Shown here piece after piece: positions 6,786 through 22,828 of a DNA stretch of 64,000 nucleotides. Location of the stretch: positions 10,034 through 74,033 of the forward strand of contig CALXUM010000009.1 in the NCBI GenBank assembly GCA_944391685.1, read 5' to 3'. The translations under genes and the position numbers were made by a program. The notes below the pieces were generated by a model, which was not told the origin of the DNA, searched no databases, and worked only from the letters and a program-made list of their open reading frames with translations. Positions within the stretch are counted from its first letter, which is position 1. Each line of letters begins with the position of its first letter. Source of the stretch: an uncultured Alphaproteobacteria bacterium (GTDB lineage: Bacteria > Pseudomonadota > Alphaproteobacteria > RF32 > CAG-239).

Positions 6786-9700
6786 ATGAAAGAATCTTAT
6801 ACGAGCAAGAGACGTGTAAGAAGAAACTTCGGTCGAATCGATGCCGTTGCCGACATGCCGAGTTTGATTGAGGTTCAGAAAGGGTCTTATGACAGTTTTA
6901 TTCAGGCTAACGGGGCTGAAAAATGCGAGTTTGGTCTGGAAGAAGTTTTCAAATCAATTTTCCCGATTAAAGATTTTTCCGGAAACGGCGAGTTGGAATT
7001 TGTCAACTATGAATTGGAAGAGCCAAAATATGATGTTGACGAATGTATCAAACGCGATATGACTTATGCCGCTCCGGTTAAGGCTACTTTGCGTTTGGTG
7101 GTTTGGGATACCGATGAGGCTACCGGTGCAAAATCTATTCACGATATTAAAGAACAAGATGTTTATATGGGTGATATTCCATTGATGACGGAAAAAGGCA
7201 CCTTTATTTTTAACGGAACGGAACGCGTTGTGGTTTCTCAAATGCATCGTTCTCCGGGTGTGTTCTTTGATCATGATAAAGGAAAAACCATATCTTCAGG
7301 TAAATATTTGTTTGCCGCCAGAATTATTCCGTATCGCGGTTCTTGGTTGGATTTTGAGTTTGATGCCAAAGATTTGGTTTATGCTCGTATTGATCGCCGC
7401 CGTAAATTGCCGGTAACTTCTCTTTTGTATTCATTGTATTCAAAAGAAACCGAAGAAAAAATTGCCAAGCTTGCCAAACAAGGCAAAAAAATTGATCCGG
7501 CAGAAATTAAAGGTATGGATAAAGAAGAAATTCTTAACTACTTTTATGATGCCGATATTTATGTTGCCGATAAGAAAAACTGGAAAGTTAAGTTTGTTCC
7601 GGAACGCATGAAAGGCGTTAAGTTTGAGTTTGATTTGATTAATGCCAAAGATGGTAAAGTTGTTTTGGAACAGGGTAAAAAACTTTCTCCGCGTGTGGCT
7701 CAAAAATTGGCTGATGACGGTTTGGAGTATTATAAAGTTACTCCCGAGCAGTTAATCGGTAAGTTTTTGGCAAACAATGTTGTGGTTGCAAAAACAGGTG
7801 AAGTTTTGGCTGAAGCTGGTGATGAAATCACTCAGGAAATGTTGGATAAGTTTGCTCAAAACAAGATCGGCGAAATTAAAACCTTGTTTATTGACGGGGT
7901 TAATGTAGGACCGTATATCCGCAACACTTTGGCAGCAGATAAAAACAGCTGTCGTGAAGAGGCTCTCTTGGATATTTATCGTGTTATGCGTCCGGGTGAT
8001 CCTCCGACGTATGAGACTGCCGATCAATTGTTCCATGCTTTGTTCTTTGACAAAGATCGTTACGATTTGTCATCAGTTGGTCGTGTTAAGATTAATGCCG
8101 CATTTGATATTCCTTTTGAGGAAGCTCCGGATACTTGCGGTATTTTGCGTAAAGATGATATTTTGCTTATTGTTAAAAGATTGGTTGAATTGCGTGACGG
8201 CAAAGGTGAGGTTGATGATATTGACCACTTGGGTAACCGTCGTGTTCGTTCAGTTGGTGAGTTGATGGAAAATCAATATCGTATGGGGTTGCTCAGAATG
8301 GAAAGAGCCATTCGTGAAAGAATGAGTTCTGAAAATCTGAACAATGTTAAACCTCAGGATTTGATTAATGCCAAACCGATTGCCTCTGTTATCAGAGAGT
8401 TTTTCGGTTCTTCTCAATTGTCTCAATTTATGGATCAGAACAACCCGTTGTCAGAAATTACACACAAACGTCGTTTGTCTGCATTGGGCCCCGGTGGTTT
8501 GTCTCGTGATCGTGCCGGATTTGAAGTCCGCGACGTGCATCCGACACACTATGGTCGTATCTGCCCGATTGAAACACCGGAAGGTCCGAACATTGGTTTG
8601 ATTAACTCATTGTCAACTTATGCCAGAATCAATAAATACGGCTTTATTGAATGTCCGTATCGTAAGGTTGTTAACGGCGTGGTTACCAATGAGGTTGTTT
8701 ATTTGTCAGCCAATGAAGAAGGTAAGTTCAAAATTGCCGAAGCTAATGCCAAGGTTAAAGAAGACGGTCATTTTGAAGATGACTTGATTGCTTGTCGTAA
8801 GGCCGGTGAATTTGAGTTTGCTCATCCGGAAGAGATCAACTTTATTGACGTTTCGCCAAAACAATTAGTTTCTGTGGCTACGGCATTGATTCCGTTCTTG
8901 GAAAACGATGACGCTAACCGTGCATTGATGGGTTCAAACATGCAACGTCAAGGCGTGCCTTTGTTGCGTTCGGAAGCTCCGTTGGTTGGTACCGGTGTTG
9001 AGGCTGTGGTGGCCAAAGATTCTGGTGCTACGGTTGTTTGTAAGGCAGACGGTATTGTTGACGCCGTTGATGCTAACCGTATTGTGGTTCGCTCAAAAGA
9101 TGAGCATGCCGCCGATGCCGGTGTTGAAATTTATCGTTTGCAGAAGTTCCGTCGTTCAAACCAAAATACCTGCATTAACCAAGTTCCGTTGGTTAAGGTT
9201 GGTGATGAAGTTAAAGCCGGTGATATTATGGCTGACGGACAATGCACCGATATGGGAGAATTGGCCCTTGGTAAAAACGTTTTGGTTGCGTTTATGCCTT
9301 GGAACGGTTTGAACTACGAAGACGCTATTTTGTTATCGGAAAGAATTTCTCGTGATGATGTGTTTACATCTTTGCATATTGAGGAATTTGAAGTTATGGC
9401 CCGTGATACTAAATTGGGTCAGGAAGAAATTACCCGCGATATTCCTAATGTTGGTGAGGAAGCTTTGCGTAACCTTGATGAAGCAGGTATTGTTTACATC
9501 GGTGCCGAGGTTAAGGCCGGTGATATCTTGGTTGGTAAAGTAACTCCTAAGGGAGAGTCTCCGGTTACTCCGGAAGAGAAATTGTTGCGTGCAATCTTTG
9601 GTGAAAAAGCCTCTGATGTTCGTGATACTTCTTTGCGTGTTCAGCCAGGTATTGAAGGTATTGTGGTTGATGTTCACGTGTTCTCTCGCCGCGGTGTTGA

Positions 9701-10961
9701 GAAAGACGAGCGTGCTTTGTCAATTGAGCAGGAAGAAATTTCACAATTGGCTAAAGACCGTGATGACGAAATTGCAATTATTCGCCGTAACGTTGAAGCT
9801 CGTTTGAAATCTATGTTGGTGGGCCAAAAGGTTGTTGATGCTCCAAAGGGAACTTTGGCTAAAAATGCTGAGATAACCGAAGCTAAATTGGCTGAAATTC
9901 CTTCTTCACAATGGCGTAAGATCGTGGTTAAAGACGAAAAGACCATGGCAAACATTGAAGAGTTGCTCAATGCTTTTGATGCTCGTTTGGAAAAGATTCA
10001 AAAACACTTTGACAATAAGGTTGAAAAAGTTCAACGCGGTGATGATTTGTTGCCTGGTGTATTGAAAATGGTTAAAGTATTTATTGCTACCAAACGTAAG
10101 ATTCAATCCGGTGATAAAATTGCCGGACGCCATGGTAACAAAGGTACGATTTCTCGTGTTTTGCCGTTGCAGGATATGCCTTATATGGAAGACGGTACAC
10201 CAGTTGATATCGTGTTGAACCCGTTGGGTGTGCCTTCACGTATGAACGTGGGACAAATTTTGGAAACTCACCTTGGTTGGGCCGCTCAAAAGCTTGGTCA
10301 ACAATTGAACGAGTTGTGGGAGCAAGTTAAAGCCGGTCAAAAGACCGAAAAAGATTTGCGTGCCAAACTTAAAGATATTTATGGTGAAAAACAGTATAAA
10401 CGTGAAATTGCCAATATGAGTATGGATGATTTGGATTTGATGATTCCAAACCTCAAAAACGGTGTGCCGATGGCTACTCCGGTATTTGACGGTGCCTCAG
10501 GCGATGATATTAACGAAATGCTGAGTAAGGCCGGTTTGCCGACATCAGGTCAGATTGACTTGTATGATGGTCGTACTGGTGAAAAGTTTGACCGTAAGGT
10601 TACCGTTGGTATCATTTATATGATTAAACTTCACCACATTGTTGATGAAAAAATGCACGCTCGTTCGGTTGGTCCTTACAGCTTGGTTACTCAACAACCT
10701 TTGGGTGGTAAGGCTCAGTTCGGCGGACAACGTTTCGGTGAAATGGAAGTTTGGGCTTTGCAAGCTTATGGTGCGGCTTATACTTTGCAAGAAATGTTGA
10801 CCGTTAAGTCAGATGATGTGAACGGACGTACCAAGGTTTATGAGGCTATTGTTCGCGGAGAGGATAGCTTTGAGGCCGGTATTCCTGAATCATTCAACGT
10901 TCTGGTTAAGGAAATCAAATCTTTGTGCCTGAACGTAGAACTGTTGAACGAAGAAGTTTAA
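6786..10961 (+). CDS. rpoB: RNA polymerase beta subunit
   Basis: [46 protein letters not shown]. Confidence 0.99.
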   Translation: MKESYTSKRRVRRNFGRIDAVADMPSLIEVQKGSYDSFIQANGAEKCEFGLEEVFKSIFPIKDFSGNGELEFVNYELEEPKYDVDECIKRDMTYAAPVKATLRLVVWDTDEATGAKSIHDIKEQDVYMGDIPLMTEKGTFIFNGTERVVVSQMHRSPGVFFDHDKGKTISSGKYLFAARIIPYRGSWLDFEFDAKDLVYARIDRRRKLPVTSLLYSLYSKETEEKIAKLAKQGKKIDPAEIKGMDKEEILNYFYDADIYVADKKNWKVKFVPERMKGVKFEFDLINAKDGKVVLEQGKKLSPRVAQKLADDGLEYYKVTPEQLIGKFLANNVVVAKTGEVLAEAGDEITQEMLDKFAQNKIGEIKTLFIDGVNVGPYIRNTLAADKNSCREEALLDIYRVMRPGDPPTYETADQLFHALFFDKDRYDLSSVGRVKINAAFDIPFEEAPDTCGILRKDDILLIVKRLVELRDGKGEVDDIDHLGNRRVRSVGELMENQYRMGLLRMERAIRERMSSENLNNVKPQDLINAKPIASVIREFFGSSQLSQFMDQNNPLSEITHKRRLSALGPGGLSRDRAGFEVRDVHPTHYGRICPIETPEGPNIGLINSLSTYARINKYGFIECPYRKVVNGVVTNEVVYLSANEEGKFKIAEANAKVKEDGHFEDDLIACRKAGEFEFAHPEEINFIDVSPKQLVSVATALIPFLENDDANRALMGSNMQRQGVPLLRSEAPLVGTGVEAVVAKDSGATVVCKADGIVDAVDANRIVVRSKDEHAADAGVEIYRLQKFRRSNQNTCINQVPLVKVGDEVKAGDIMADGQCTDMGELALGKNVLVAFMPWNGLNYEDAILLSERISRDDVFTSLHIEEFEVMARDTKLGQEEITRDIPNVGEEALRNLDEAGIVYIGAEVKAGDILVGKVTPKGESPVTPEEKLLRAIFGEKASDVRDTSLRVQPGIEGIVVDVHVFSRRGVEKDERALSIEQEEISQLAKDRDDEIAIIRRNVEARLKSMLVGQKVVDAPKGTLAKNAEITEAKLAEIPSSQWRKIVVKDEKTMANIEELLNAFDARLEKIQKHFDNKVEKVQRGDDLLPGVLKMVKVFIATKRKIQSGDKIAGRHGNKGTISRVLPLQDMPYMEDGTPVDIVLNPLGVPSRMNVGQILETHLGWAAQKLGQQLNELWEQVKAGQKTEKDLRAKLKDIYGEKQYKREIANMSMDDLDLMIPNLKNGVPMATPVFDGASGDDINEMLSKAGLPTSGQIDLYDGRTGEKFDRKVTVGIIYMIKLHHIVDEKMHARSVGPYSLVTQQPLGGKAQFGGQRFGEMEVWALQAYGAAYTLQEMLTVKSDDVNGRTKVYEAIVRGEDSFEAGIPESFNVLVKEIKSLCLNVELLNEEV

Positions 10962-10977
10962 GCTAAAGGAGTTTTGA

Positions 10978-15126
<4,149 letters not shown>

Positions 15127-15151
15127 GAAATAAAGCTTGTTTTATAGAAAT

Positions 15152-15184
15152 AAAAACTCCAGAGTTTTTACTCTGGAGTTTTTT
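15152..15184. terminator. Terminator after rpoC
   Basis: aaaaactccagagt-loop-actctggagtttttt. Confidence 0.85.
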
Positions 15185-15238
15185 ATTTAATGATTGTATT
15201 ATATATAAAAGGTATCTTTTGTAAGAGAGTTTTGATAA

Positions 15239-17044
15239 GTGATTGATATTAAGCAAGGTTTAGCCAATTTAAGAGAACATATTAAAGTGGCTCCCGAAAA
15301 ACCGGGAGTTTATCGCATGATTAGCGATAATGAAGAGGTTTTATACGTTGGTAAAGCCAAAAATATCAAAAAAAGGATTACGGCTTATTCACATTTAGAT
15401 AAGTTGCCATTGAGATTACAGCAAATGGTGGCTCAAATAAAACGAATGGAGTTTATTGTCGTTGAAAATGAATCCAGAGCTTTATTGGTTGAAAATGAGC
15501 TGATTAAAAAGTTTAAACCTCGTTATAATATTTTATTGAAAGATGATAAGACTTTTCCGCATTTGATGATAGATGTGGAAGCTGACTATCCGAGTTTGCA
15601 TAAATATCGAGGTAGCCGCAAAGACAAGAACAAATATTTTGGGCCGTTTGCCAGCGTTTTGGCGGTAAACAGCGTTATGGATATTTTACAAAAAGTGTTT
15701 TTGTTGCGTTCTTGTCGGGATAATGTGTTTAAAAATAGGCAAAGACCTTGTTTGATGTACCAAATTAAAAGATGTTCGGCTCCTTGTGTGGGAAAAATTT
15801 CGCAAGAAGATTATAAAAAACTGGTGAATGAAGCAATTGCTTTTTTAGAGGGGAAAAATAGCAAGATACAGGCAGAACTTTCAGAAAAAATGAACCAAGC
15901 CAGTGAAAAGCAGGATTATGAAACGGCAATAATGTTAAGGGACAGAATCCGAGCATTAACCAATGTGCAATCAAAACAAAATGTTGAATATGCAGATATA
16001 AAATCAGCTGATTTTATAAGTTTGGTGAGGGATAAAAATGTTGTTTGTATTCAGGTGTTTTTTATTCGTTCAGGGCAAAATTGCGGAAATGTTCCTTATT
16101 TTCCGTCTCAAGCGATTGATGCTTCAAACAATGAAATTTTAGAGGCATTTTTGAGCAGTTTTTATGCCATACATTTGCCGCCGAAAGAAATTATATTATC
16201 TGAAGGAATAGAAAACAAAGCTTTTATGGAAGAGGCTCTGGGAGCAAAAATATCGGTTTATAAAAAAGGTAATAAAGCGGCCATATTAAAAACAGTGAGT
16301 GAAAATGCCAAAGAATCAATCGCACGTAAAATAGCCATGGTTTCAAGCGTGAAAAAGAATTTAACCGATTTTATGGAAAAATTCGGATTACCCAAACTAC
16401 CTAAAAGAATTGAAATTTATGATAATTCTCATAATCAGGGAAGTTATGCGGTTGGAGCAATGGTGGTGGCTACTCCTGAAGGTTTTGATAAAAAAAGTTA
16501 TCGTACATTCAATATAAAAAATCCGCAAATTACCAATGATGATTTTGCGATGATGAAAGAAGTTTTGACCAGACGATTTGAAAAGATGAGTGCTGAAAAT
16601 CGGCCTGATGTGATATTGCTTGACGGAGGGCGCGGACAACTTAATGCAGTGTATGAGTGTTTGCAAGGATTTGATTTAGACAGGATTAGCATTATTGCCA
16701 TATCAAAAGGGCCGGAAAGAAATGCCGGAAAAGAATTTTATCATATGAAAGATAAAGAAAGTTTTGCGTTGGAGTTTCAGTCCCCACTGGCATTTTATTT
16801 GCAAAATTTGAGAGATGAAGCACATCGTTTTGCAATTGGTACACATAGAAAAAAAAGAGCAAAATCAATTTATAAATCATCACTTGACGAAGTAGATGGA
16901 ATCGGAAGTAAAAGAAAGAGAGACCTGCTTAATTATTTTGGATCTGCCGAGGAAGTGGCCCAGGCAGAAGTAAAAGATTTGCAAAAAGTTACAGGAATTA
17001 GCAAAAAAACAGCGGAAAAAATTTATAACTACTTCCATAATTAG
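15239..17044 (+). CDS. uvrC: Excinuclease ABC subunit C
   Basis: GIY-YIG (PGVY..YVGKAKN), IEIYDNSH, LLDGGRGQL, RDEAHRFA, HhH motifs. Confidence 0.98.
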   Translation: MIDIKQGLANLREHIKVAPEKPGVYRMISDNEEVLYVGKAKNIKKRITAYSHLDKLPLRLQQMVAQIKRMEFIVVENESRALLVENELIKKFKPRYNILLKDDKTFPHLMIDVEADYPSLHKYRGSRKDKNKYFGPFASVLAVNSVMDILQKVFLLRSCRDNVFKNRQRPCLMYQIKRCSAPCVGKISQEDYKKLVNEAIAFLEGKNSKIQAELSEKMNQASEKQDYETAIMLRDRIRALTNVQSKQNVEYADIKSADFISLVRDKNVVCIQVFFIRSGQNCGNVPYFPSQAIDASNNEILEAFLSSFYAIHLPPKEIILSEGIENKAFMEEALGAKISVYKKGNKAAILKTVSENAKESIARKIAMVSSVKKNLTDFMEKFGLPKLPKRIEIYDNSHNQGSYAVGAMVVATPEGFDKKSYRTFNIKNPQITNDDFAMMKEVLTRRFEKMSAENRPDVILLDGGRGQLNAVYECLQGFDLDRISIIAISKGPERNAGKEFYHMKDKESFALEFQSPLAFYLQNLRDEAHRFAIGTHRKKRAKSIYKSSLDEVDGIGSKRKRDLLNYFGSAEEVAQAEVKDLQKVTGISKKTAEKIYNYFHN

Positions 17045-17094
17045 ATTTTATCTTTTAGTATGATTGTCAGGTTATTGTTTTTTTATAAAGGGGT

Positions 17095-17796
17095 ATGAAC
17101 GTGTATAGTTTGCCGAATCTTTTAACAATATCCAGAATCGTGGTGATTCCGGTTATATTTTTGTCTGTTTATATTAATTCAACATTATGGTCTTTTTTGG
17201 CAGCAGTGTTGTTTATTATAGCTTCAATTACTGATTATTTTGACGGTTATTTAGCGAGAGCTCGTAATCAGACATCAGCTTTGGGACGTTTGCTGGACCC
17301 GATCGCCGATAAGCTTTTGGTAACATCGGCGTTAGTGGTGTTGTTGGCAAAGCCTGATATGGTGGTTACGAAGCTTAGTTTTATTCCGGTTATCGTTATA
17401 TTGTGTCGTGAATTGTTGGTTTCCGGTTTGCGTGAATTTTTGATGGAAGTAAGGGTGGGGATGCCGGTTACTCGCTTGGCAAAATGGAAAACAGGTTTTC
17501 AAATGACGGCGTTGTCAATGATGCTTCTAAAAGGTTTTTGGTATTGGGGCGGAATTGGCGAAATATTGTTATGGATTGCCGGAGTTTTAACATTTATTAC
17601 CGGTTATCAATATTTTCAGCAAGGTCTTAATTATATTAACAAAATGGATAAAGAAAAGAAAAAAGTTGCTAAAGAAGCTGTTAAGAAAACACCAGCTAAA
17701 AAAGAAGTAAAAAAAACAGGTGCTAAAAAAGCTGCTGCAAATAAAGCAATAAAGGCAACAAAGAAAAATGTAAAGAAACCGACTGTAAAAAAATAA
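17095..17796 (+). CDS. pgsA: CDP-diacylglycerol--glycerol-3-phosphate 3-phosphatidyltransferase with Lys/Ala-rich tail
   Basis: PNLLTISR, TDYFDGYLAR, LDPIADK; follows uvrC. Confidence 0.95.
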   Translation: MNVYSLPNLLTISRIVVIPVIFLSVYINSTLWSFLAAVLFIIASITDYFDGYLARARNQTSALGRLLDPIADKLLVTSALVVLLAKPDMVVTKLSFIPVIVILCRELLVSGLREFLMEVRVGMPVTRLAKWKTGFQMTALSMMLLKGFWYWGGIGEILLWIAGVLTFITGYQYFQQGLNYINKMDKEKKKVAKEAVKKTPAKKEVKKTGAKKAAANKAIKATKKNVKKPTVKK

Positions 17797-17814
17797 GCGG
17801 AGGTTAATGCGCGG

Positions 17815-18507
17815 ATGGATGCCGACGCAAAACATATTTTGGTGGTTGATGATGATACCAGGTTACGTACTCTCCTGCAAAGATTTTTGCGGGAGAGCGG
17901 TTTTTATGTGTCAACGGCAAAAAGAGCAGATGAAGCAAGAAAATTTTTGAAACTATATAATTTTGATTTGTTAATCGTTGATATTATGATGCCGGAGGAA
18001 AGCGGTTTGGAGTTTTTGGATAAACTGAGAAAAGAAAATATAAATATTCCGGTGATTATGTTAACGGCGATGGGAGAGGTGCAAGATAGAATTGTTGGAT
18101 TGGAACAAGGTGCTGATGATTATGTGGCTAAGCCTTTTGAACCTAAAGAATTAGTTTTGAGAATAAAAAATATCTTAAAAAGGACGCCAGATGAGAAGGC
18201 AGATGTTTCTGATCAACTTAATTTGGGCTTGTGCATTTATAATATGCAAACTAAAGAACTGTTTTCTAAAAGCGGAGATTTAATTCATATAACACCTGTA
18301 GAGCAGTCGTTATTAAATATTTTGGGGACAAAGTCCGGACAAATATTTACAAGAGAGAAATTGGCGGAAATTTTAGGTGCAGGGCAGAGTCCTAGATCTA
18401 TAGATGTTCAAATAACAAGATTGCGTAAAAAAATAGAAAAAGATTCAAAAAATCCTCGTTATTTGCAAACTGTGCGAGGAAAAGGATATATGTTGTTGCC
18501 AGAGTGA
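17815..18507 (+). CDS. OmpR-family response regulator
   Basis: VVDDD, DIMMP, GADDYVAKPF, winged helix RSIDVQITRLRKKIE. Confidence 0.95.
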   Translation: MDADAKHILVVDDDTRLRTLLQRFLRESGFYVSTAKRADEARKFLKLYNFDLLIVDIMMPEESGLEFLDKLRKENINIPVIMLTAMGEVQDRIVGLEQGADDYVAKPFEPKELVLRIKNILKRTPDEKADVSDQLNLGLCIYNMQTKELFSKSGDLIHITPVEQSLLNILGTKSGQIFTREKLAEILGAGQSPRSIDVQITRLRKKIEKDSKNPRYLQTVRGKGYMLLPE

Positions 18508-18532
18508 TTATAAAACAAAACGGAGAAATGAA

Positions 18533-19891
18533 ATGCACGTTAAATTACCGTCAAAAATAGATGATACTTTAAGATATTTGCGTTTGAAATTTTTGCCTAG
18601 AACGTTGTTTTTTAGAACTATGTTGTTGATTTTTATTCCGTTGATTGTGGTTCAAGTTGTTTCAGTTGTGGTGTTTTTTGATGGTAGCTGGAGTCGTATG
18701 GGTAGAAGGTTATCGGATAATTTAGCTGCAGATATGAATATGATTATTGAGTTGGTCAAACAAGAACCAAAAAAAATTGTCCAATTTCAAAAAATGGCCG
18801 AACAAACATTTGGTTTAGAGTTTGAACATTATGATAATGACGAAAAGCATCAGGTCATAAAAAAAGAAAACAAGGGAAGTAGGTTGGTAATTGGCTATTT
18901 GGAACAAGCATTGGAAAGAGTTTTTCCGGAAGATGAGGCAGGAATATATCTAGGAAAAGGTGATAAAGATTTGGTGGTAACCATTAATACCGCAGATGGT
19001 TTGTTTAGGTTTGTTACTTCCAAGAAAAAGATTTTCAGCTCGTCAATATTTATGTTTGTGGTTTGGATGGCAGGAACTTCAATATTATTATTTTTGGTAG
19101 CTGTTCTGTTCTTAAGAATTCAGGTGCGTTCAATTGCTGAATTGGCTCAAGTGGCTGAGGATTTTGGTAAGGGAATTGATAATAAAAATTTTAAACCTTA
19201 TGGTTCTTCAGAAGTGCGTAAGGCTGCATTTGCATTTATTAAAATGAAAGAGAGAATTCAAAGACAAATAAGCGAAAGAACACAAATGTTAGCAGGAGTA
19301 TCTCATGATTTGAGAACTCCTTTAACCAGAATGAAACTACAAGTCACCATGATGCCTGAGATTGATGATAAAAAGGATTTTTTGTCTGACATTGATGAGA
19401 TGGAAAAAATGCTGGACGGATATTTGTCTTTTGTTAGCGGGGAAGCGGGAGAAAAATCATCTTTTGTTGATATGAATGAGATGATTTTGAGTATTATCAA
19501 TAAGTTCCGTAATAAAGACGCTCTAATAAAGTATTCAACCAATGATCAGGTTAGTGCTATTCAGGGACGTGAACAGGCACTAAAAAGAGCTTTAACCAAT
19601 ATTATTTCCAATGCTTTTCGTTATGGTAAAACAATTGCAGTTAGTTTGGAAAGTAATAATAAAAAATTATCAATTTGCGTAGAAGATGACGGTCCAGGTA
19701 TACCTGAAGATAAAAGAGATGATGTTTTTAAGGCTTTTTATAGGCTTGAAAACTCTCGTAATAAAGAAACTGGAGGTGTTGGTTTAGGATTGTCAATAGC
19801 AAAAGATGTTATCACATCTCACGGAGGAACAATAGAGCTTGGAGACAGTTCTATGGGTGGTTTGAAAGTTTTGATAAATATCCCTTTGTAA
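18533..19891 (+). CDS. EnvZ-like sensor histidine kinase
   Basis: 2 TM, HAMP, SHDLRTPL, DDGPGIP, GGVGLGL. Confidence 0.95.
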   Translation: MHVKLPSKIDDTLRYLRLKFLPRTLFFRTMLLIFIPLIVVQVVSVVVFFDGSWSRMGRRLSDNLAADMNMIIELVKQEPKKIVQFQKMAEQTFGLEFEHYDNDEKHQVIKKENKGSRLVIGYLEQALERVFPEDEAGIYLGKGDKDLVVTINTADGLFRFVTSKKKIFSSSIFMFVVWMAGTSILLFLVAVLFLRIQVRSIAELAQVAEDFGKGIDNKNFKPYGSSEVRKAAFAFIKMKERIQRQISERTQMLAGVSHDLRTPLTRMKLQVTMMPEIDDKKDFLSDIDEMEKMLDGYLSFVSGEAGEKSSFVDMNEMILSIINKFRNKDALIKYSTNDQVSAIQGREQALKRALTNIISNAFRYGKTIAVSLESNNKKLSICVEDDGPGIPEDKRDDVFKAFYRLENSRNKETGGVGLGLSIAKDVITSHGGTIELGDSSMGGLKVLINIPL

Positions 19892-19904
19892 AAGATGAAA
19901 AGAT

Positions 19905-20876
19905 ATGGAAGATAAGTTTGATTTTTTGAATGATGATGTTAAGGATATAAGTTTGGAACTTGAAGCTGTTTCAGATGATGATGTCGTTGATGATCTTTCT
20001 GTTTTAAAAAATGAAAAAAAACAAACAGAAGATACTGAAAGTGATTTTGATTTAGATTCTATTTTAGGTAAAAGCGATAAAGATGCAGATGCTGAATTAG
20101 ATTTTGAAGATACGAATAATGAAAAATTTTTTTGGGAGAATCCGCAAAAAGAGGATGAGTTAGGTAATAATGATTTATCTGAAGATATAAACGATAATGT
20201 ATCTGGTCAATCGGAAGTAAGTGTGCCTGTTGTTGGTGAACAAGATCGTGCTGAAAATATTGATGTATCTGACGAAAAAAGTAATATTGATTTTGAGCCG
20301 GAAGAAGAATTAAATTTTGAACAAGAGGCTGTTGCCGAAGCAGAACAAAACACGGAAGAAAATTTTGATCTTGAAACAGAAAAAGCGATTAAAGAAGAAA
20401 ATAGTTTGGACGTTTCTTTGTCAGGAGATGAAACTTCGGAAATAGATGAAGCAGAAGTAAATGATTGGCAAGATAGTTCTGATGAAGTTGAAAATGATAA
20501 TATTCCTTATGTGGAAGAAAAGCCGCAACAACCTTATGATATGGTTGAGGAATCTAATTTTGTGCATTGGTACAGCGGAAATTCTTCCGAGCCGTTGTTT
20601 GAAATTACAAAAGATACGGAAAGCAGTATTATAACCGGTTCTGATGAATGTAGGTTAATTCATATAAATGTCGGATATGATACATACGGATGGTTGGTTG
20701 AGTTTGATAACGGTGTTTATATGAGCTTGCCGGATGTAAAAATTTATCAATTACGTAATGGTGCTTTGCCAAGCCAAAATGGCGTAATAACATATGGAGC
20801 AAATAGGTTTGAATTTTCAGGAATAGAGCGAATAGTTGTATATGAGAGTGTTCGCTATTTCAGCTATGGAGTGTAA
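19905..20876 (+). CDS. Hypothetical protein: long acidic N-terminus plus C-terminal globular domain
   Basis: 323-aa ORF, first ~215 aa D/E-rich. Confidence 0.75.
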   Translation: MEDKFDFLNDDVKDISLELEAVSDDDVVDDLSVLKNEKKQTEDTESDFDLDSILGKSDKDADAELDFEDTNNEKFFWENPQKEDELGNNDLSEDINDNVSGQSEVSVPVVGEQDRAENIDVSDEKSNIDFEPEEELNFEQEAVAEAEQNTEENFDLETEKAIKEENSLDVSLSGDETSEIDEAEVNDWQDSSDEVENDNIPYVEEKPQQPYDMVEESNFVHWYSGNSSEPLFEITKDTESSIITGSDECRLIHINVGYDTYGWLVEFDNGVYMSLPDVKIYQLRNGALPSQNGVITYGANRFEFSGIERIVVYESVRYFSYGV

Positions 20877-20909
20877 AAATAAAGTCCCTTTTGAAAAGGG
20901 GCTTTATTT

Positions 20910-21788
20910 TTATTCTTTTTTGTTGATAGGAAATATTTGAACATTTCCAGTTGTTGTGCCGGAGCTGTCATCTATTCCCGTATTTGCGGATGATGAAGTG
21001 CTAAAACCTTTTTTATTTGTGGAAGACGTTTTAGGAGCTTGAAGTTCAGGTGCTAAAGGATATGCATTTTTAGGTAGGCGGATAATCATGTAACCGCTGC
21101 CACCGCCATAAGCCGGTCCTGATAAACCTATTGAATAATATCCTCCGATGTATCCGTAATCTAGGTCTATATAATCAATGGCAAAAACTGTTTTGACTGT
21201 AGTTTGTCCTATGGTTGTCATTTTGCATGTATAGCCGGCATCTTCCAACAAAACATGATTTACATTTTTGGCAAATAAAATCGATTGAGAAGGCGTACAA
21301 TCAGGGGTTTGTCCTCCGTAGGTGAGATTATAATTTAGAATTAATTTGATTTTGTTTGCTCTTTTGCCAATAATTACATCAGTAATTTTTACGTGATCAA
21401 TATATGCGTTTGTCGGAGTTATACCGCTGGTAATCGGCAAAGTAATATAATTTTCCAAACAAGTATGGGAAGCGGCGTCTGCTTGGCAAATCAGGGCTTT
21501 TTGGTAGTTGTTATTATCAAATAAATGTAAAAGACTATTATAGATATATTCTTTTGACATGGATAATTTAGCCGGAGCACATTGATGAGAGCGGCAAACT
21601 ACGATAGAGCTTGGAGAACGTAGTCTTTCAGGTTGATGTTCTTGAGCTTGTTGTTCATATTCCGCCGAGCTGGGAGCAAAAGGATCTGTTAGAATATCTT
21701 TTACCGTGCGTGTACGAAAATATTCACAACCGCTTATTAAAAGCAGGCTGCTTAAAAAGAGAACCTTGTGAGATATTTTATTTAGCAT
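20910..21788 (-). CDS. Hypothetical lipoprotein
   Basis: LLLISGC lipobox; several Cys pairs. Confidence 0.75.
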   Translation of the reverse strand: MLNKISHKVLFLSSLLLISGCEYFRTRTVKDILTDPFAPSSAEYEQQAQEHQPERLRSPSSIVVCRSHQCAPAKLSMSKEYIYNSLLHLFDNNNYQKALICQADAASHTCLENYITLPITSGITPTNAYIDHVKITDVIIGKRANKIKLILNYNLTYGGQTPDCTPSQSILFAKNVNHVLLEDAGYTCKMTTIGQTTVKTVFAIDYIDLDYGYIGGYYSIGLSGPAYGGGSGYMIIRLPKNAYPLAPELQAPKTSSTNKKGFSTSSSANTGIDDSSGTTTGNVQIFPINKKE

Positions 21789-21945
21789 TGTTTAACCTTT
21801 TACGTAAAATTTATTCTATATTAAGACAAAGATTATGAAACAACAAAGTTTTTTTTGCGGTTATTCAATATATTTTATAAAAAAAAGCAAATTGTTGCAT
21901 TTAAGTAATAAAAAAAGCAAAATACCTTAGTTCGGAGGTTAAAAA

Positions 21946-22398
21946 ATGAAATTGTTTATGGTGTTGTTGTTTGTGGTGATCGGTTCTGAAAATGTTTGGG
22001 CTAAGACAAAGATTATTGACGGAGACAGTTTGTTTATTGATGACAGAGAAATTAGATTGTCAGGGATTGATGCTCCGGAGTTTTTACAAGTTTGTTATGA
22101 TAAAAACGGTAAGGAGTATGAATGTGGTCAAAAAGCAAAAGATATGTTGGAAGCTTTAGCTGGAAAAGATATAAAATGCCAGGTTTTAGAGGTCGATCGT
22201 TATAAAAGGGAAGTGGCAATATGTTTTTCAAAGGGCAAAAATATTAATGAGGAAATGGTAAAAAGCGGATGGGCGGTTGCTTATACCGCTTATACGAAAG
22301 ATTATGTAAAAGAGGAAGCTGAAGCTAAATTGGCTAAAAAAGGAATTTGGCAGGGACGTTTTATGAAACCTGAATTGTATAGGGCTTTAAAGCGGTAA
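21946..22398 (+). CDS. Thermonuclease (SNase) family protein
   Basis: IIDGDSL, IRLSGIDAPE, DRYKR, EMVKSGWA, AKKGIW. Confidence 0.93.
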   Translation: MKLFMVLLFVVIGSENVWAKTKIIDGDSLFIDDREIRLSGIDAPEFLQVCYDKNGKEYECGQKAKDMLEALAGKDIKCQVLEVDRYKREVAICFSKGKNINEEMVKSGWAVAYTAYTKDYVKEEAEAKLAKKGIWQGRFMKPELYRALKR

Positions 22399-22503
22399 AA
22401 AAAGAACTTTTTTAAAAAAATACAGAGATTCCTATTGACAGCGGCAAAAACTTATGTATATTGCAAAGCAACGTTTTATGTTTAAAATATAAAGGTGGAA
22501 AAA

Positions 22504-22806
22504 ATGTACGCAGTAATTAAAACCGGCGGCAAGCAGTACAGAGTTACAACTGGTGATGTGCTGAAGATTGAAAAAATTGCCGGTGAAGAAGGTAAAGAAG
22601 TTGTTTTTAATGATGTTTTGGCTTTAGGTGATACCATTGGAAATCCTTTGGTTGCCGGAGCAAGTGTTAAGGCTCAAATCTTAAAGCAGGCTCGCGATGC
22701 CAAAGTTATCATTTTCAAAAAGAAAAGAAGACAAAATTATCGCCGTAAAAATGGTCACAGACAATCAATTACATTAGTAAAAATTACTGATGTTTGCGGT
22801 AAGTAA
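22504..22806 (+). CDS. rplU: 50S ribosomal protein L21
   Basis: MYAVIKTGGKQYRV...KKKRRQNYRRKNGHRQ. Confidence 0.98.
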   Translation: MYAVIKTGGKQYRVTTGDVLKIEKIAGEEGKEVVFNDVLALGDTIGNPLVAGASVKAQILKQARDAKVIIFKKKRRQNYRRKNGHRQSITLVKITDVCGK

Positions 22807-22828
22807 GAAGTTTTAAGGAGAAATAGTC

